Below, one piece after another: positions 46,169-55,590 of a DNA stretch of 63,509 bases (position 1 is its first letter; each line of letters starts with the position of its first letter). The stretch comes from Acidimicrobiia bacterium (lineage in GTDB: Bacteria; Actinomycetota; Acidimicrobiia; Acidimicrobiales; JANYDT01). The DNA lies in NCBI GenBank assembly GCA_043775075.1, contig JAYVSS010000059.1:1-63509 (forward strand), written 5' to 3'. Made by a program: the position numbers and the translations under genes. Below the pieces are notes generated by a model that had not been told where the DNA came from, made no database searches, and saw only the letters and a program-made list of their open reading frames with translations.

Positions 46169-47602
46169 ATGCGGTCCGGTCGACCTTCGTCGGTCAACCG
46201 CGCGAACGACGACGTAACTCTTGAGGCGTTCAACCTCTGCTGCGCCATGGTCGACGCCGACGGCCGCCACACTGACGACGAACTATGGGCCCTTCTCGCC
46301 ACGTTCGGGCCGCGATTTCCCACACAACTGGCGATGGCGTCGCCCGATGATGTGCGGCGCTCCGGCCTTCTCGTGGGGAAACGAACATGGCTCGAAGCGC
46401 CATCAGCGTTGTTCGATCTCCTCCTCCACGCCGACGCTGGCGAACAAACGACCAACGCCTGGACGTATTACTCGGGCGCCATGGCCCTGGCCCAGCTCGT
46501 CGTTGCCCTCGATACCCGTCCCACCCAGACTGAGCTCGCCGCCCTGGATGCCTTCCGGACGATGGCGGTGCAGGCCATGGAGAGTAGGGGCATCAGCCGA
46601 TCGGGCGTCCGCCGGCCAACCCCATCAACGGGATCACCGCAGACTACGTCGGGTGCGAGCTCGGTTCCCGCCGCACACGAACCGCCAGAAGCCAAACCGC
46701 TTCCCCCGCCAGAGCCCATCGACGACCTGCTGGCCGAGCTGGATGCTCTGGTCGGCTTGACCGGGGTGAAGACCGAAGTGAAGCTGGTGACCAACTTGCT
46801 GCAGGTCCAGCGCCTACGTAAAGAACACGACCTTCCGGTGGTGGAAACGAGCAAGCACCTCGTGTTCACTGGAAATCCCGGTACCGGCAAGACCACCGTC
46901 GCCCGCCTTCTTGCCCGGATTTACCGATCCCTCGGCGTGGTCGAAAAGGGTCAGTTGGTCGAGACTGACCGCTCACAACTCGTCGCCGGGTTTGTTGGTC
47001 AGACGGCAATCAAGGTCACCGCAATGTTCGACGAAGCCGACGGCGGGATTCTCCTCATCGACGAGGCCTACGCCCTGGCTCGCGGCGGGGCGAACGACTT
47101 CGGCCGCGAGGCGATCGACAGCATCGTCAAGCTCATTGAGGATCGACGCGATCGCCTTGCCGTCATCGCCGCTGGCTATCCGGATGAAATGGATACCTTC
47201 ATCGATGCCAATCCAGGTTTGCGCTCTCGCTTTCCCAAGGTCATCGGCTTCGCCGATTATTCGAACGACGAACTCTTCGCCATTTTTTCATCCCTCTGCA
47301 AAAAGAACCGATACGAACCAACCGCTGACGCGACCGAGAAACTTCGCGGCCTGTTCGCCTCGCTACCACGCAATAAGGGATTCGGGAACGGGCGCCTCGT
47401 GCGCAATCTGTTTGAGGATGCCGTTGCTCGCCAAGCCTCGCGGCTCATGGCGACGGGGGCCGATGCCCAGCCGTCAGCCGAAGAACTCCAGTGCCTGGAA
47501 GCATCCGACGTGGGCGAGCGCGTGCTTGGTGCCCCACCCGAAGCCGCAGAAGCGGCCGAAGACGATGTCCACGCCGCGTCGGCCGGACGCATCGCCCGAT
47601 GA
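46169..47602 (+). CDS. CbxX/SpoVK/EccA-type AAA+ ATPase with TerB-like N-terminal domain
   Basis: The N-terminus reads CCAMVDADGRHTDDELWALL. The AAA module shows FTGNPGTGKTTVARL, ILLIDEAY, AAGYPDEM and NPGLRSRF. GTG 46067 is an alternative start. Confidence 0.8.
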   Translation: MRSGRPSSVNRANDDVTLEAFNLCCAMVDADGRHTDDELWALLATFGPRFPTQLAMASPDDVRRSGLLVGKRTWLEAPSALFDLLLHADAGEQTTNAWTYYSGAMALAQLVVALDTRPTQTELAALDAFRTMAVQAMESRGISRSGVRRPTPSTGSPQTTSGASSVPAAHEPPEAKPLPPPEPIDDLLAELDALVGLTGVKTEVKLVTNLLQVQRLRKEHDLPVVETSKHLVFTGNPGTGKTTVARLLARIYRSLGVVEKGQLVETDRSQLVAGFVGQTAIKVTAMFDEADGGILLIDEAYALARGGANDFGREAIDSIVKLIEDRRDRLAVIAAGYPDEMDTFIDANPGLRSRFPKVIGFADYSNDELFAIFSSLCKKNRYEPTADATEKLRGLFASLPRNKGFGNGRLVRNLFEDAVARQASRLMATGADAQPSAEELQCLEASDVGERVLGAPPEAAEAAEDDVHAASAGRIAR

Positions 47603-48402
47603 AGCGGGTGCTCGCTGCGCTCGTCGCGGTAGTGCTTATTGGCGCAGGATTCTTCGCTCATGCCAAGCGCACCGACCCCGAACGGGGACGGGCGCCGCTG
47701 CAACTGTGGTGTGTGGCCGACGCCGCCAGCGTGTGCCAGGCCGTCCAGTCCAAGGCCTCCGGCCGAGTCGTCGTCACCATCGCCTCGCCGCTCCAAGTGG
47801 AACCGGCGTTGGCCGCAAACAAGCCCATCGACGCCATCGTCACCTCGCCCGCCTGGATCAAGTCGCTCGATGACCAATCGCGGCTTCGGGTGCAAACGCC
47901 CCTGGCCTCGGCGGCTGTCGTGGTCGCCCAGCGCTCAGGTGCCACTGGATGTGTGGACCTCACCTGCCTCGTAGAACCGAAAACTCGAGCGGCCCTCCCG
48001 AAGGCCGACACGCTGGCCGCGTCGATCGTGGCGGCGGGCGGGATCAAGGACAAAACCGAAGAGGAAATTCCCAGTCAGATCATCGAACACCTACGGGCCG
48101 GGGGCGCCGGAACAGCCGGGTTCGATCCGCTGACCGCACTGGTCAACGCCGGGTTGATCGCCGCCGTCGTGACCCTGAAACCATCGACCGGTGGACTGGC
48201 CAACGTGACCGTCCGGCCCGTAAGCCCAAGTGCGTCGTTAGAACTCGATCTGGGATGGATAACCGAGGACCCGCGCCTTGACGACCTTGGGCGCCGTCTC
48301 ACCACCGAATTTCGCCGGCAGGGTTGGGATGCCTCGATCGCGTCACCTCCGGGACCGGACTCGACCGCAACGCTTGCTGCATACGGAATACTGAATCGAT
48401 GA
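47599..48402 (+). CDS. secreted/anchored periplasmic-binding-fold protein (hypothetical)
   Basis: MKRVLAALVAVVLIGAGFFAHA signal or anchor. ATGA overlap with the AAA gene stop. Confidence 0.6.
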   Translation: MKRVLAALVAVVLIGAGFFAHAKRTDPERGRAPLQLWCVADAASVCQAVQSKASGRVVVTIASPLQVEPALAANKPIDAIVTSPAWIKSLDDQSRLRVQTPLASAAVVVAQRSGATGCVDLTCLVEPKTRAALPKADTLAASIVAAGGIKDKTEEEIPSQIIEHLRAGGAGTAGFDPLTALVNAGLIAAVVTLKPSTGGLANVTVRPVSPSASLELDLGWITEDPRLDDLGRRLTTEFRRQGWDASIASPPGPDSTATLAAYGILNR

Positions 48403-50240
48403 CTTCTTTCCGACGAGCCGCGCGCCTTACGCTTGTCTGCCTCGTCACATCGACCATCGCAGCCTCCTGCACGGTGAAGTCGTCGACCGACACGACCCCC
48501 GGCGGCGGGTCGGTGCCGAAAGGCCGCGTCGCCCTCACCGTGACCGTCTCGTCGGAAAAGGTGGCGCTGCTCACGGAGCTTGCCCGTACGTTCAATGCCG
48601 ACAAGACCCTGTCCTCTTTCACCGATTCGGCAGGAAAGAAAAAGCGGGCCTTCGCCACGATCGTAAAGAAGGCGTCGGGAGCCGCCGCTCAAGCACTGGC
48701 TGCCGGCTGGGATGAGAACACCGATGGTCCGCAGCCCACCATCTGGTCCCCGGCGGCGAGGTCGTGGGGAACGATCCTCAATCAGCGCCTGGCCGGGCAA
48801 ACGGCGATGGCGCCAACCGACGCTCCGTCGTTCATGCTCACACCTCTTGTCATCGCCATGCCCAAGCCCATGGCTACGGCCCTCGGCTGGCCGAAAACGC
48901 CGATTGGGTATGCCGACCTTCTCGCCCTGGCGAAGGACCCGACCGGATGGGCGAGCAAGGGCCACCCGGAGTGGGGCTCGTTCAAGCTCGGCAAGACCAA
49001 TCCGAACTTCTCCACCAGCGGACTGTCCGCCACCATTGCCCAGTACTACGCGGCAACTGGTAAGCGCACGAACCTTACCCTCGAGGACCTCAACAAGCCC
49101 GAGGTGCGGGACTTTTCGAAGGCGGTCGAGTCATCGGTCGTGCACTACGGCGACATCACCATGACCTTTCTCAACAACTGGTTTCGCGCCGACCGGCGGG
49201 GGACGGCGTTGACGTACGCCTCCGCCGTTGCCGTCGAGGAGAAGTCACTCATTGACTACAACCTCGGAAATCCCGACGGTGTTCTCGACCCCGGTGAGAT
49301 AGCCCGCAAGCCTCGTGTCCCGCTAGTAGCCGTATACCCGAAAGAGGGCACGCTGTTTAGCGATAATCCCCTCTTCACGCTGAACGCGTCATGGGTGTCA
49401 GCTGACCAGAAGCTCGGCGCCGCCGCCTTCGCTTCATATGTGCGCTTACCGGATAACCAGAAGCGGGTCCTTGAGTTCGGATTTCGCCCGGGGAACGCCA
49501 GTGTGGGCGTTGGCCCGCCGATCGTCGCCGCTAACGGCGTCGATCCAAGCGAACCCAAAGCCGCGCTCGACGTGCCCGCGCCGAAGGTATTGGTCTCGCT
49601 CCTCGACCGTTGGGCCGAGCAACGAAAGGGGGCGCGCGTCCAGTTCGTGGTCGACGTGTCGGGGTCGATGGGTGAGCCCGCCGCCGACGGATCATCCGAT
49701 ACCAAACTCGATCTCGCCAAGCGAGCCACGATCGCCGCTCTGGACGAGTTCAAGAGTTCGGACCTCGTTGGGTTGCGAATCTTCTCCACCGACGTGGGCG
49801 GAATCGGGATCGACTCGGTCGAAGTAATTCCGGTGGGGCCGATTTCGGCCAACCGAGAGAAATTGGCCGAGGCCGTGCGCAATCTCACCCCGGTCCAGGG
49901 AACACCGCTGTACGCCACGGCCATGGCTGCCCTCGAAGACATGAAGAAATCGCTTGATCCGACGTTGATCAATGCGGTGGTCCTGCTCACCGATGGTCGA
50001 AATGAGGACGGCAACCCCGACAACGACAGCCAGGAACTCGATGCGCTCCTCGCTGCGGGCCGACAAGGCTCCGAAGGACGGTTGCAGTCACCCGTGCGCC
50101 TGTTTCCGATTGCCTACGGCACCGATGCCGACCTGGCCACGCTGCGGCGCATCGCCGAATCCACAGATGCTGTGGCCTACGACGCCAGTGATCCGGCGTC
50201 GATCGAGAAGGTACTGGTTGCCGTCGTGTCGAACTTCTGA
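48399..50240 (+). CDS. substrate-binding-domain + VWA-domain lipoprotein
   Basis: LVCLVTSTIAASC is lipobox-like. The N-terminal half has a solute-binding-type sequence. The C-terminal half reads VQFVVDVSGSM (MIDAS)...LLTDGRNED... ATGA overlap. Confidence 0.8.
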   Translation: MTSFRRAARLTLVCLVTSTIAASCTVKSSTDTTPGGGSVPKGRVALTVTVSSEKVALLTELARTFNADKTLSSFTDSAGKKKRAFATIVKKASGAAAQALAAGWDENTDGPQPTIWSPAARSWGTILNQRLAGQTAMAPTDAPSFMLTPLVIAMPKPMATALGWPKTPIGYADLLALAKDPTGWASKGHPEWGSFKLGKTNPNFSTSGLSATIAQYYAATGKRTNLTLEDLNKPEVRDFSKAVESSVVHYGDITMTFLNNWFRADRRGTALTYASAVAVEEKSLIDYNLGNPDGVLDPGEIARKPRVPLVAVYPKEGTLFSDNPLFTLNASWVSADQKLGAAAFASYVRLPDNQKRVLEFGFRPGNASVGVGPPIVAANGVDPSEPKAALDVPAPKVLVSLLDRWAEQRKGARVQFVVDVSGSMGEPAADGSSDTKLDLAKRATIAALDEFKSSDLVGLRIFSTDVGGIGIDSVEVIPVGPISANREKLAEAVRNLTPVQGTPLYATAMAALEDMKKSLDPTLINAVVLLTDGRNEDGNPDNDSQELDALLAAGRQGSEGRLQSPVRLFPIAYGTDADLATLRRIAESTDAVAYDASDPASIEKVLVAVVSNF

Positions 50241-51040
50241 TGGCTGGAGACGCCACCGGCAAGGCCATTGCCACCGTCGGTCCCCGCCGTCTGGCGCAGG
50301 CGATCACTGCACCCTCGTCGCTCGTCGCCGCCGGAGCGGCGGCGGGACTGGCTGTGGCTGCGACCGGGCCTGTTGGTTTGGTCGCCGGGGCCATCGTGTG
50401 GCTGGCGATGACGGCGTTTCGACTCCGCCCGAAAACACCGTCGCAGGCGGCCCGTCAAGCCCGCGAGCGGATCGACCCGTTTACGCTGTCCGAGCCGTGG
50501 CGGCGGTACGTTCAGTCGGCGCAGGAGAGCCAGCGACGGTTCGACGAGACCGTTCGATCGACGCCGAAAGGACCGGTGCGCGACCAACTCGAAGGTCTAC
50601 GCGACAACGTGGCGGGAGCGGTTGACGATTGCTGGCAGACGTCGAAGCGGGGGGCGCAGCTCGTTCGCGCTTACCAGCAGGTCGACGTGGAACGAGCCCG
50701 ACGCGAACTCGACGAGGCCCAACAACTAGCCCGGTCGGCCGGTGGTTCAACCCGGGCCGAGTCGCTCAATACGACCGTCGAGTCGTTGCAGACCCAGATC
50801 GCCACCGCCGAGCGCCTTCGCTCGGGAGCGACCAACGCCCAGGACCGCTTGCGAGCTCTCGACGCCCAACTTGACGAGATCGTCGCCCGTACCGTGGAAC
50901 TCGCGGCCACCGCCGACAGCGTGGGGGTCCTGGACGATCTGGGGGCTGACTTGGATCGGGTGCGGATGGAGATGGAGGCAGTGCGGCAGGGCTTGGAGGA
51001 GGCGAGTCAAGTAGAGCGGGCAGCCTTCGGCAACGGTTGA
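50240..51040 (+). CDS. membrane-anchored coiled-coil protein (XpaC/TelA-like topology, hypothetical)
   Basis: N-terminal hydrophobic hairpin LVAAGAAAGLAVAATGPVGLVAGAIVWLAMTAF, then about 190 aa of heptad-like helical sequence. TGATG overlap with the previous gene. Confidence 0.65.
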   Translation: MAGDATGKAIATVGPRRLAQAITAPSSLVAAGAAAGLAVAATGPVGLVAGAIVWLAMTAFRLRPKTPSQAARQARERIDPFTLSEPWRRYVQSAQESQRRFDETVRSTPKGPVRDQLEGLRDNVAGAVDDCWQTSKRGAQLVRAYQQVDVERARRELDEAQQLARSAGGSTRAESLNTTVESLQTQIATAERLRSGATNAQDRLRALDAQLDEIVARTVELAATADSVGVLDDLGADLDRVRMEMEAVRQGLEEASQVERAAFGNG

Positions 51041-51095
51041 GCACAGCTTGGAGGAGGCGAGTCAAGTAGAGCGGGCAGCCTTCGGCAACGGTTGA
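50986..51095. repeat. 2 x 55-bp tandem duplication (50 nt identical) copying the 3' end and stop codon of the 50240..51040 gene
   Basis: gcttggaggaggcgagtcaagtagagcgggcagccttcggcaacggttga occurs at 50991-51040 and again at 51046-51095. Confidence 0.95.
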
Positions 51096-51165
51096 CTCCG
51101 ACGGGGGTAGTCATGGATGAATCAGGGTTGTCCCCGAGCGCGATTCGTCGTTCGTGGTCGCTACG

Positions 51166-51951
51166 ATGTCGGGCATGTTCAAGCTTGTGCGACGCGCCTG
51201 GTCCTACATCACCGCTGCCCTCACCGGGAAGTTCAATGAGAAAGCCGACCCCAAGGTTCAGCTGGAACAGGCGTTGATCGAGGCCCAGGATCAGCATCGG
51301 CGTCTCACCCAGCAGGCGGCCAACGTCATCGCCAACCAGAAGCAGGCGGACATGAGCCTCAATCGCAAGCTCGAAGAACTGCAGAAAGTCAACGCATCGG
51401 CCCGTCAGGCGGTCGTCATGGCCGACGAAGCGGCAAAGAAGGGCGACGCCGCCAAAGCCGGCGAGTACACCCGCACAGCCGAAGTCTTCGCCAACCGTCT
51501 CATTGCCCTGGAGACCGAAGTGGAGGGCCTCAAGACGCTGTCGTTGCAGTCCACGCAGGCCTCGGATCAAGCGAAGGCCGCAGTGTCGCAGTCGTCGACC
51601 CAGCTCCAGAAGAAGCTGTCGGACAAGCAGAAGCTCCTCTCCCAGCTTGATCAGGCGAAAATGCAGGAACAGTTGAACAAGACCATGGGTCAGCTCACGG
51701 CCACCGTGGGCGACGACGTTCCGTCGCTCGACGAGGTGCAGCGCAAGATCGAGGAGCGCTACGCCAAGGCCATGGGCACCGCCGAGCTGCAGGGTTCGAC
51801 CGTCGAGGCCCGCATGCTCGAGGTGGAGCAGGCCTCGCTCAACACCGAGGCCCAGGCTCGCCTCAGCCAGATCAAAGCCCAACTCGGGCTGGGCGACGCC
51901 GTCATTGCCGCACCCGCCGTTGAAACGCCGCAAACCGGCACCTCGGCGTAA
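51166..51951 (+). CDS. pspA: PspA/IM30-family protein
   Basis: MFKLVRRAWSYITAALTGKFNEKADPKVQLEQALIEAQDQHRRL..., coiled-coil throughout. The start is ambiguous (GTG 51154, ATG 51166 or ATG 51175). Confidence 0.88.
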   Translation: MSGMFKLVRRAWSYITAALTGKFNEKADPKVQLEQALIEAQDQHRRLTQQAANVIANQKQADMSLNRKLEELQKVNASARQAVVMADEAAKKGDAAKAGEYTRTAEVFANRLIALETEVEGLKTLSLQSTQASDQAKAAVSQSSTQLQKKLSDKQKLLSQLDQAKMQEQLNKTMGQLTATVGDDVPSLDEVQRKIEERYAKAMGTAELQGSTVEARMLEVEQASLNTEAQARLSQIKAQLGLGDAVIAAPAVETPQTGTSA

Positions 51952-51996
51952 CCCGCACGGGTATGCCAGCTCGCCAAGACGGTCGCTGACCAAGCC

Positions 51997-52314
51997 ATGA
52001 CGGAGAAGCTTGCCTCGCTGGTCATCGTGTGCCGCGGGGTCCCGGGCCTCGGGGGATCACCGATCACTGCCCGCCTCGACGAACAGCCGATCTTCCTCGG
52101 TTGGGATGTGGCGGCGGAATTCGTCGTTCCGGCCGGTGTGCATGGGCTCGACATCGCCTATGAACCGTTGCGCTGGCCGTTTGGTGCGAACAAGCTGTCG
52201 AACTCGATCACCCTCAACGCCGGATTTAAATATACGTTGACCTACACACCACGCGTTCTGCCGACGATCCGTCCCAAGGTCACCATCACCGTGGACCGGT
52301 TCTCCGGTCGCTGA
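51997..52314 (+). CDS. small hypothetical protein (beta-rich, 105 aa)
   Basis: ORF 45 nt downstream of pspA on the same strand. No motif recognised. Confidence 0.5.
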   Translation: MTEKLASLVIVCRGVPGLGGSPITARLDEQPIFLGWDVAAEFVVPAGVHGLDIAYEPLRWPFGANKLSNSITLNAGFKYTLTYTPRVLPTIRPKVTITVDRFSGR

Positions 52315-52343
52315 TCCGCCGTGAGGGCCTCCCGATTTTGCGG

Positions 52344-53462
52344 TCACTGTACAAGTGGCGCGAGCAGCACGAGATCGTCGGCGTGGACAAACACCACTGA
52401 GGCGTCCGCCGGGAGTTCCGAACTCCGTCGCCCCTTGGACCTTCGGGCCAGCTCGGATGTAACCCGACTCAGGCCACGGGCGACGGGGCGACGGTCCAGC
52501 CCACAAATGACGACAATGTCACCTTCGTCAAACTCGCCCGCCACTTCCACCACACCAGCGGGCAAGAGCGAAGCACCGCGCTCGATGAGCGCTCGTTTGG
52601 CCCCGTCGTCAACGACAAGCGTGCCCCGCTCATCGCCGGCGAAACCGATCCAGAGCTTGCGCGCGGTTAGCTGACGAGCCTGGGGAGCGAACACCGTTCC
52701 CACCCCCGCGGCGCCGTCCACGGCATCCACGAGGGCGCCGGGCCTATCCGCCCCGGCGATGACCGCACGGATACCCGAGAACGACGCAATCTTGGCAGCC
52801 CGCAACTTCGAGGACATCCCGCCACTCCCCCGGAGCGTGCCCGCAACGCCAGCCGCCGCCTCCAACTCCGCCGTCACGGCATCCACGTGTTCGATGAGTC
52901 GGGCGTGGGGGTCGGTGCGAGGATCGGCGGTAAACAGCCCCGGGGTATCAGTCAGAAGGACCAATACATCGGCGCCGATCAGGTGGGCGATGAGCGCAGC
53001 AATGCGGTCGTTATCCCCAAAGCGCAGTTCATCGTCGGACACGGCATCGTTTTCGTTCATTACCGGTACCACCCCGAGAGCGAGCATCCGTTGCAGGGTG
53101 TCGCGAATGTGGAGATACTGGCGGCGGTCAAAGAATTCGTTGGGAGTGACGAGGACCTGGCCACTGACCAGCCCGACGGCTGCGAATGCGTCGTCCCAGA
53201 CGCGCATGAGCCGAGACTGACCGACCGCTGACACGGCCTGGAGGGTCAAGATATCCGACGGGCGAGCGGTAAAGCCGAGCGCTTCGAGGCCCGCCGCCAC
53301 TGCCGCCGAGGTCACGACGATGACGTCGTCTCCCCGGCTTCGAAGTTCGGCCACCTGCGCGCACACGGCAGCGATCGCCTCCGTGGCGATGACACCGCCG
53401 CCATCGGTCAGCGATGACGTGCCGATCTTGGCGACAATCGTGGAATTTCGAGACACTGCCAT
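52344..53462 (-). CDS. proB: glutamate 5-kinase
   Basis: ...IVAKIGTSSLTD...NENDAVS..., with a PUA-type C-terminus. Confidence 0.92.
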   Translation of the reverse strand: MAVSRNSTIVAKIGTSSLTDGGGVIATEAIAAVCAQVAELRSRGDDVIVVTSAAVAAGLEALGFTARPSDILTLQAVSAVGQSRLMRVWDDAFAAVGLVSGQVLVTPNEFFDRRQYLHIRDTLQRMLALGVVPVMNENDAVSDDELRFGDNDRIAALIAHLIGADVLVLLTDTPGLFTADPRTDPHARLIEHVDAVTAELEAAAGVAGTLRGSGGMSSKLRAAKIASFSGIRAVIAGADRPGALVDAVDGAAGVGTVFAPQARQLTARKLWIGFAGDERGTLVVDDGAKRALIERGASLLPAGVVEVAGEFDEGDIVVICGLDRRPVARGLSRVTSELARRSKGRRSSELPADASVVFVHADDLVLLAPLVQ

Positions 53463-53476
53463 CGCCCGTTTTCGAG

Positions 53477-54766
53477 CTATTCGATATCGAAACTAAACGT
53501 ACCGATGCGAACAATGTCACCGGACTTGGCTCCCGCCCGAAGAAGCGTTTTGACCACGCCAAGCCGATCGAGCTGTTTGCGCACATGGGCCAAGGCCAGG
53601 GGATTCGTCAGGTCGGACACAGCAACAGCGCGCGCCGCCGGACGGCCGAGTACGGACCAAGAACCGTCGTCGTTGCGCTGCACCTCGACGCCCTCAGTCT
53701 CTGGACGGTGGACCACAAAGGTGTCCGACGCTGGCGTCGAAGCACGCACCTGGGCGATCATCGGAGCGAGCAGCATCAACATCGAACGCATGTTTTGTCC
53801 AGTGGCGGCGCTCACGAGAACCTCCGGACAGCCAGGTAACAATCGAGCGATTTCTTCCTCACCATCGAGAGTGTCGAGTTTCGTTCCGATCACCAGGCGG
53901 GGACGTTCGAGAAGTTCGGGCGAATACTCCCCCAGTTCTCGAATCAGGATTTCTTCCTGCTCAGCCGGAGTGAGCCCGGCGGCGTCTACCGCGCTCAGGT
54001 CGAGCAACACCAGCAGCGCTCGGGCCCGCTCCACGTGACGCAGGAACTGGTGGCCGAGGCCCTTACCTTCCGCCGCTCCCTCAATCAGCCCGGGAATGTC
54101 CGCCATGATGAACTCGAAGTCGCCACGGGGATCAAGCGGAGTACCGAACCGCTCGATGCGAACCACGCCAAGATGGGGCTCCAGCGTGGTGAACGGGTAC
54201 GCGGCGATTTTGGGCTTGGCCGCGGATACCGCGGAAATCAATGTGCTCTTGCCGGCGTTGGGGAACCCCACGAGGGCGACATCGGCCATCAGCTTCAGTT
54301 CGAGGTCAAACCAGAATTCCTCACCGACCTCCCCCTGCTCGGCAAAATCTGGGGCTCGGGTGCGGTTCGAGAGGAACGATGCATTCCCTCGACCACCGCG
54401 TCCACCACTGGCCGCCTTCCATCGATGGCCTTCGGTGGCGAGGTCGGCGATGACTTGACCGGTCAGCCGGTCCTTCACGACGGTGCCGACCGGAACGGCG
54501 ACGACCTCGTCTGTCCCCGTTCGGCCGTTGGCCTGCTTACCGCGGCCGTGCTCACCGGGAAGGGCGGCGTAATGCGGGTGATCGCGAAACCCCAACAACG
54601 ACGCCACGTTTCGGTCGGCCACCAGCCACACGGCGCCACCGGCCGCGCCGTTGCCACCGTCTGGGCCCCCCCGGGGCACGAACGGCTCCCGACGGAACGA
54701 AACACAACCGGCCCCACCGTTTCCGGCCTTCACGTGTAGCTGGGCTTTATCGACAAAGACGCTCAT
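53477..54766 (-). CDS. obgE: GTPase ObgE/CgtA
   Basis: MSVFVDKAQLHVKAGNGGAGCVSFRRE...GFPNAGKSTL... Confidence 0.93.
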   Translation of the reverse strand: MSVFVDKAQLHVKAGNGGAGCVSFRREPFVPRGGPDGGNGAAGGAVWLVADRNVASLLGFRDHPHYAALPGEHGRGKQANGRTGTDEVVAVPVGTVVKDRLTGQVIADLATEGHRWKAASGGRGGRGNASFLSNRTRAPDFAEQGEVGEEFWFDLELKLMADVALVGFPNAGKSTLISAVSAAKPKIAAYPFTTLEPHLGVVRIERFGTPLDPRGDFEFIMADIPGLIEGAAEGKGLGHQFLRHVERARALLVLLDLSAVDAAGLTPAEQEEILIRELGEYSPELLERPRLVIGTKLDTLDGEEEIARLLPGCPEVLVSAATGQNMRSMLMLLAPMIAQVRASTPASDTFVVHRPETEGVEVQRNDDGSWSVLGRPAARAVAVSDLTNPLALAHVRKQLDRLGVVKTLLRAGAKSGDIVRIGTFSFDIE

Positions 54767-54856
54767 GACGGACCCAACGTGGTGGTGTGGCGGAGTGGAG
54801 GAACGGCATCGAGATATCGGGGATTACCGGAACGCGGTTGAACCGAGCCCAGACGC

Positions 54857-54887
54857 GAAAACGAGCCGGCGCAAACGCACCGGCTCG
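54857..54887 (-). terminator. intrinsic terminator after rpmA
   Basis: On the minus strand: CGAGCCGG-UGCGUUUGCG-CCGGCUCG followed by UUUUCG. Confidence 0.65.
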
Positions 54888-54907
54888 CAGTGGCATTTCC
54901 GAGGACT

Positions 54908-55159
54908 TCAGTCCGTCGTGACGTGGACCAGCTTGCGGCCCCGGCGCTCACCAAAGAGCACTTTGCCGTCGGTCAGAGCGAACAGCGAATCATCTGAGCC
55001 CTTACCGACGTTGTTACCCGGGTGGAAGACGGTTCCCCGCTGGCGCACGATGATCGAGCCGGCGGACACTGCCGACCCACCAAACACCTTCACGCCGAGG
55101 CGCTGGGCGTTGGAGTCGCGACCGTTGCGGGTTGAACCGCCACCTTTAGTCTTTGACAT
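54908..55159 (-). CDS. rpmA: 50S ribosomal protein L27
   Basis: [24 protein letters not shown]... Confidence 0.95.
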   Translation of the reverse strand: MSKTKGGGSTRNGRDSNAQRLGVKVFGGSAVSAGSIIVRQRGTVFHPGNNVGKGSDDSLFALTDGKVLFGERRGRKLVHVTTD

Positions 55160-55195
55160 AGAAACAAACCTCCGAGGAGTGCCGACGCTGGCGCG

Positions 55196-55501
55196 TCAGA
55201 CAGAAATTCCGGTAACGGTGACGGTGGAGTAGTTCTGGCGGTGGCCCCACTTCTTTTGGGCCCGAGCCTTCGCCTTGTACATGTAACCGGTGATCTTCGG
55301 GCCCTTTGCGGTCCCGACGACCGTGGCGGTCACGGAGCCCGACTTGGCTTTGTCTCCAGCGAGGACGGTTGATCCATCGACAATGAGAAGTGGCTGAAAG
55401 GACACGGTTTCACCGGCTTCTTTGCCAAGAAGCTCGACTTGCAGTGTTTGGCCTTGGGCGACCTTGTACTGCTTTCCACCCGTTTTAATGACGGCGTACA
55501 T
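55196..55501 (-). CDS. rplU: 50S ribosomal protein L21
   Basis: MYAVIKTGGKQYKVAQGQTL... The start was re-called to ATG 55501. Confidence 0.95.
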   Translation of the reverse strand: MYAVIKTGGKQYKVAQGQTLQVELLGKEAGETVSFQPLLIVDGSTVLAGDKAKSGSVTATVVGTAKGPKITGYMYKAKARAQKKWGHRQNYSTVTVTGISV

Positions 55502-55590
55502 AAGGGGATCGAGTGTACACGAGCCGACTGCGCAGGCGGGGCGCTCCGAGCCCGGACGCAGCACCTTCCAGGCACGACGATCAGCGTTGA

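Noticed and set aside
51007-51993. 328-aa minus-strand ORF
   Set aside because: Antisense shadow of pspA. Its Leu/Gly/His-rich repeats are the reverse reading of the PspA coiled-coil codons.
37796-52344. Idea that the block between proA and proB is a genomic island inserted into a proBA operon
   Set aside because: proB and proA are not adjacent in many Actinomycetota. There are no integrase, tRNA, att-like flanks or compositional break at the borders, apart from local features reported separately.
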